A stretch of DNA of 59,417 nucleotides from Acutalibacteraceae bacterium (GTDB lineage: Bacteria; Bacillota; Clostridia; Oscillospirales; Acutalibacteraceae), in NCBI GenBank assembly GCA_045539095.1, contig JAZQER010000026.1:1-59417 (forward strand), given 5' to 3'. Position numbers and translations under genes: made by a program. Shown one piece after another: positions 55,720 through 59,417 of the stretch (positions within the stretch are counted from its first letter, which is position 1; the number at the start of each line of letters is the position of its first letter). The notes beneath the pieces are model-generated. The model searched no databases. It saw only the letters and a list, made by a program, of their open reading frames with translations, and was not told the DNA's origin.

Positions 55720-56223
55720 ATGGACAAATCCCTATTTGACAAGTACATAGAGGAAATGAAAAGAATGAGTCAAAAGGCAACGCCTCACAAGGAAGAATTG
55801 AGGACCGTGCCCGCCGTCGCAGAGCCCGCACAGAATATGAGCGGTGAGGGATATCTTCTTGTAAATGTGACATCGGTTCGCGGACTTTATCCCGTAGCGA
55901 GGGCGCTCGTAACCGTGTTCAGGGGCAATATCGACGATATGGAGAAAATCACCGAAGGCTACACCGACGAAAGCGGTAAAACCGGACTTTTTGTGCTCCC
56001 CGCACCGCCCGCCTCTCTCGCTCAGGACAGTGACAGTCAGATACCGCCCTATGCGACCTATAATATCGTGACCCGCGCCGACGGATTTATCGACACAATA
56101 AACTATAATGCACCCGTATTTGATAAGGTAACTTCTATTCAGAACGTAAATCTTATTCCGCGAACATCTATGGACGGTAACGGTACCGTTGTCATAGATG
56201 AGTACGACAGTTATACATTATAG
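55720..56223 (+). CDS. SleC N-terminal (pre/pro) region homologue; carboxypeptidase-regulatory-like beta domain
   Basis: Start moved to ATG 55720 (AAGGAGAGG upstream). GYLLVNVTS...ARALVTVF...DESGKTGLFVLPAPP...YNIVTRADGF...NVNLIPRT is collinear with my recollection of the N-terminal third of clostridial SleC. Confidence 0.6.
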   Translation: MDKSLFDKYIEEMKRMSQKATPHKEELRTVPAVAEPAQNMSGEGYLLVNVTSVRGLYPVARALVTVFRGNIDDMEKITEGYTDESGKTGLFVLPAPPASLAQDSDSQIPPYATYNIVTRADGFIDTINYNAPVFDKVTSIQNVNLIPRTSMDGNGTVVIDEYDSYTL

Positions 56224-56233
56224 GGGGTGCCAT

Positions 56234-57601
56234 ATGCCAAACGATGTTTTTCCGCCTATTCCCGAAAATATTACTGTACATCTCGGCTCCCCCGATTCAG
56301 ATGCTGAAAATGTGACGGTACCCTTTATTGATTACGTCAAAAATGTTGTATCAAGCGAGATATATCCAAACTGGCCCGACAATGCGATCAGAGCGAATGT
56401 CTACGCCATTACGACCTACGCTCTCAACCGAATTTATACAGAGTGGTATCCTTCTCGAGGTTATGATTTTGATATAACCAATTCGACAAGATACGATCAG
56501 GCATATGTACCTAACCGTGATATTTTTGAAAATGTCAGCCGAATAGTCGACGAGCTTTTTAATGACTATGTTGTACGCGAGGGTACGGTAAATCCCTTTT
56601 TTACACAGTTTTGTAATGGCACGACCTCTACCTGTCCAGGTCTTTCACAATGGGGTACCGTCACCCTTGCAAACGAGGGACTCACTCCCTATGAAATACT
56701 GCAAAACTATTACGGCAACGATATAAACATCATACAGAACGCTCCTGTTGAGAATATTCCCGACTCCTATCCCGGCTCTCCTTTGAGGATTGGTGATGCG
56801 GGCAACAATGTCCGCACCATTCAGGTAGAGCTTAACCGCATCCGACAGAATTATCCCGCTATCCCCGCCATACCCGACGACCGCGGATATTTTGACACCT
56901 TTACAAGAGATGCAGTTACGAAGTTTCAGGAGATATTTGATCTTAAGCAGACGGGAGAGGTCGACAAATCCACCTGGTACAGAATAAAACAGTACTATGT
57001 GGGTGTAAAAAGTCTTTCTGATCTTGTAAGTGAGGGTGTAACTATTCAGGAAGCACAACGGCCGTTCGAAACTGAGCTCAGAATCGGCTCGGTCGGAGAG
57101 CCTGTACGTCTTATACAATATTACCTTAATGTTATTGCCTATTTTCTTGGAAATATCCCGCTGATACCCTTAAACGGAGTTTATGATGAAGTCACCGCCG
57201 ACGCAGTAAGACAGTTTCAAGCCTACTACGGAATACCCGTAACGGGAGAGGTCGATATTGTCACATGGGATACTCTTCGTGAGATATACATATCGGTTGT
57301 TCAGTCTATCCCCGACAGCTTTTACGGAAACCGCGCAAAGCTCTATCCCGGATATTTTCTGACCGAAGGTATGAGAAGTCAAGCAGTTTCCGACCTGCAG
57401 ACCTATCTGTCCCTTATTGGGCGCTATTACGCAGAAATTCCTGAGCTGCCCGTAACGGGTTATTTCGGCAGTCAGACCGCAACCGCAGTCGAGACCTTCC
57501 AGCGTCTTTTCGGACTTAATGTGACCGGTGCTGTGGGACCGGTCACCTGGAACGACATCGCCAAGCAGTATGATTTTCTTGTTGAAACAGAGGGTCTATA
57601 A
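56234..57601 (+). CDS. sleC: SleC-like spore cortex-lytic enzyme: catalytic region plus three PG_binding_1 repeats
   Basis: ATG 56234 lies 6 nt after AGGGGG. FPPIPENITVHLG...PFIDYVKNVVSSEIYPNWP...ANVYAITTYALNRIYTEWYPSRGYDFDITNST.YDQ...FCNG is collinear with mature SleC as I recall it. Three LRIG/..G..V..LQ..L......P.....G.F...T..AV..FQ...GL..TG.V...TW repeats follow. Confidence 0.75.
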   Translation: MPNDVFPPIPENITVHLGSPDSDAENVTVPFIDYVKNVVSSEIYPNWPDNAIRANVYAITTYALNRIYTEWYPSRGYDFDITNSTRYDQAYVPNRDIFENVSRIVDELFNDYVVREGTVNPFFTQFCNGTTSTCPGLSQWGTVTLANEGLTPYEILQNYYGNDINIIQNAPVENIPDSYPGSPLRIGDAGNNVRTIQVELNRIRQNYPAIPAIPDDRGYFDTFTRDAVTKFQEIFDLKQTGEVDKSTWYRIKQYYVGVKSLSDLVSEGVTIQEAQRPFETELRIGSVGEPVRLIQYYLNVIAYFLGNIPLIPLNGVYDEVTADAVRQFQAYYGIPVTGEVDIVTWDTLREIYISVVQSIPDSFYGNRAKLYPGYFLTEGMRSQAVSDLQTYLSLIGRYYAEIPELPVTGYFGSQTATAVETFQRLFGLNVTGAVGPVTWNDIAKQYDFLVETEGL

Positions 57602-57607
57602 TATAAA

Positions 57608-57636
57608 ACGCCAACTCTTGCAGTTGGCGTGATTTT
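57608..57636 (+). terminator. Terminator after the sleC-like gene
   Basis: ACGCCAACT / AGTTGGCGT stem (57608-57630) followed by GATTTTATT. Confidence 0.7.
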
Positions 57637-57679
57637 ATTGTATAATTATTTTGGTAATGAATTTTTTAGGAGAATCACC

Positions 57680-58375
57680 TTGACAGAAAATATCCATGCA
57701 GGTCACAGAGACAGACTCAGAAATGAATTTATTTCTGCCTCTAATCCGCTGACCATACCCGAACACAAATTGCTTGAAATGCTGCTCTTTTACGGAATTC
57801 CGCAAAAGGATACAAACCCTATAGCGCACGAGCTTATAAATCATTTCGGCAGTTTTTCGGCTGTATTTGAGGCAGATGTTACCGAGCTTTGCAAGATAAA
57901 GGGTATGACTAAAAATGCAGCAACACTTATAAAGCTGGTGCTTCCTATCGCCAAAACCTACATTGATAAAAAGTACGATGACAGCGAATATCTTAAGACC
58001 CCCGAGGACATCGGTTGCTTTATAGTCAAGAAATATTTTGCCGTAAGTGTCGAGCAGTGCTCACTCTTATCCCTTAACCGAATGGGCAAGGTGCTCTCTT
58101 TTGATATACTGGGCGAGGGTGACGTTGACTCTGTCGGTATCAGTATAAGAAATATCATAGAGCGCATAATTCAGACCGGCGCTACCGCCGTCGTTCTCGC
58201 GCACAATCATCCCGGCGGAATTGCTCTGCCCTCTCCTGCCGACGTTTCGATAACAGAGGCTATATCTTCAGCACTAAGAACGATAGGCGTAAACTTCTGC
58301 GACCATATTATAATCGCGGGCGACGACTATATTTCTATGGCGCTATCCTCCCAATATAAGGAGCTGTTTAACTGA
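57680..58375 (+). CDS. radC: RadC-family JAB/MPN domain protein
   Basis: Start set to TTG 57680 (AGGAGA 6 nt upstream). HRDRLRNEF N-terminus, helix-hairpin-helix region, and JAMM motif LAHNHPGGIALPSPADV. Confidence 0.85.
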   Translation: MTENIHAGHRDRLRNEFISASNPLTIPEHKLLEMLLFYGIPQKDTNPIAHELINHFGSFSAVFEADVTELCKIKGMTKNAATLIKLVLPIAKTYIDKKYDDSEYLKTPEDIGCFIVKKYFAVSVEQCSLLSLNRMGKVLSFDILGEGDVDSVGISIRNIIERIIQTGATAVVLAHNHPGGIALPSPADVSITEAISSALRTIGVNFCDHIIIAGDDYISMALSSQYKELFN

Positions 58376-59337
58376 TGAAAAGCTTTACCGTTTCCAAAAA
58401 TGACGCGGACAAGCGGCTTGATAAATTCATCTCAAAGGCTATTCCACTTTTACCGCCGACACTTATGTATAAATTTATCCGCACCAAGCACATAAAGGTT
58501 AACCGCAAAAAAGCCGAGATTTCGACAAGGCTCAAAGAGGGCGATGTAGTCGAGGCGTGGATAAATGATGAATTTTTCGGGGAAGCCAAGCCGAAATATG
58601 AATTTTTATCAGCCCCTACAAAGCTCGACATTGTTTATGAGGATGAAAATATAATCCTTGTTGATAAAAAGCAGGGGCTTCTCGTACACCCGGATGAAAA
58701 AGAGTTTAAGGATACCCTCATTTTCAGAATTCAGAACTATCTTTATGAAAAGGGCGAATATAAGCCTGACGAAGAAAACACCTTCAAGCCTGCCCTCGCC
58801 AACCGAATTGATAGAGGCACGGGCGGTATAGTTATCGCGGCTAAGAATGCCGAGGCGCTAAGAATTCTATGCAACAAAATTAAAGACCGTGAAATAGACA
58901 AGCAGTATCTTGCTGTAATTCACGGTATTCCTAAACAAAAGTGTGCCACCCTTGAGGGATTTCTTGAAAAGAATGAAGATAAAAACAGAGTCTATTTAAA
59001 GAAAAACCGCGAGGACGGCGCACTGACCATAAAAACACGCTACCGCACACTTATGTCAAAGGACGGGCTGTCCCTTATTGAGGTAGATCTGCTGACAGGC
59101 AGAACTCACCAGATAAGAGCACATATGGCTTCTATTGGCCATCCTCTCCTTGGTGACGGAAAGTACGGCAAAACGGCGGTTGATAAGAAAAAAGGCTACA
59201 CCCGTCAGGCCCTTTATTCTTATAAGCTCACCTTTAATTTTAAGACCGACGCGGGAATACTCGACTACTTAAACGGCAAGGAGTTTAAGGTAGCTGATGT
59301 CTGGTTTGCAAGAGAACTTTTTGGTTATTACGTATAG
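58375..59337 (+). CDS. RluA-family 23S rRNA/tRNA pseudouridine synthase
   Basis: S4-like N-terminus (RLDKFISKA), catalytic NRIDRGTGG, and GRTHQIRAH. Its ATG overlaps the radC stop. Confidence 0.9.
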   Translation: MKSFTVSKNDADKRLDKFISKAIPLLPPTLMYKFIRTKHIKVNRKKAEISTRLKEGDVVEAWINDEFFGEAKPKYEFLSAPTKLDIVYEDENIILVDKKQGLLVHPDEKEFKDTLIFRIQNYLYEKGEYKPDEENTFKPALANRIDRGTGGIVIAAKNAEALRILCNKIKDREIDKQYLAVIHGIPKQKCATLEGFLEKNEDKNRVYLKKNREDGALTIKTRYRTLMSKDGLSLIEVDLLTGRTHQIRAHMASIGHPLLGDGKYGKTAVDKKKGYTRQALYSYKLTFNFKTDAGILDYLNGKEFKVADVWFARELFGYYV

Positions 59338-59341
59338 AAAT

Positions 59342-59367
59342 ACGGCTGTGAAAATTTTCACAGCCGT
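59342..59367. terminator. Bidirectional terminator
   Basis: ACGGCTGTGAAAA / TTTTCACAGCCGT perfect palindromic stem. Confidence 0.8.
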
Positions 59368-59372
59368 CTTTC

Positions 59373-59417
59373 TTATTTCTCTATATCGTTCATTGTTCCG
59401 ATAAAGAATGGAATATT
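59373..59417 (-). CDS. 3' end (last 14 codons) of an unidentified convergent gene
   Basis: The minus strand reads ...NIPFFIGTMNDIEK-stop up to the window edge. Too short to identify. Confidence 0.3.
   Translation of the reverse strand, partial: NIPFFIGTMNDIEK

Overview
This 59.4-kb chromosomal window comes from an endospore-forming Firmicute. Gene content and synteny look like a Clostridia or Oscillospiraceae-type anaerobe, but the taxon cannot be fixed from sequence alone. The window is densely coding, with about 57 CDS and one RNA gene (RNase P RNA, 46281-46618, minus strand). Most genes are housekeeping: mfd-pth, ymdB, asp23-DAK2-recG, prmA-prfB, radA, murD, pepF, glgB, an EF-G paralogue, radC and an RluA-family synthase. 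A second group is sporulation and germination: spoIVB, sigG, a ylmC/ymxH-like gene, cwlD, a gerA-type receptor operon and a SleC-like cortex hydrolase. A third group is transport: a BMP-family nucleoside-type ABC system, a P-type ATPase, an orphan family-5 binding protein and an ArsP_2-like permease. I found no CRISPR array, tRNA or rRNA, no integrase, transposase or reverse transcriptase, and no hallmark genes of known defence systems. I do not see a convincing novel multi-gene system and will not assert one. The observations most worth a second look are: (1) the SleC-type lytic enzyme is encoded as two cistrons, split at about the pro/mature boundary, with a Shine-Dalgarno sequence overlapping the stop; (2) a 182-bp element bounded by a perfect 19-bp inverted repeat abuts the glgB stop codon, next to an XRE repressor gene killed by one in-frame TAA; (3) an ~830-bp single-gene esterase cassette sits between two direct copies of the last 14 sense codons plus stop of spoIVB; (4) two adjacent short tandem-repeat families lie in a 3' UTR; (5) an sn-glycerol-1-phosphate-dehydrogenase-family gene sits next to acyltransferase and PAP2 genes; (6) a P-type ATPase has a degenerate hinge motif. 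All homology statements come from reading the translations and recognising motifs. No database search was run.
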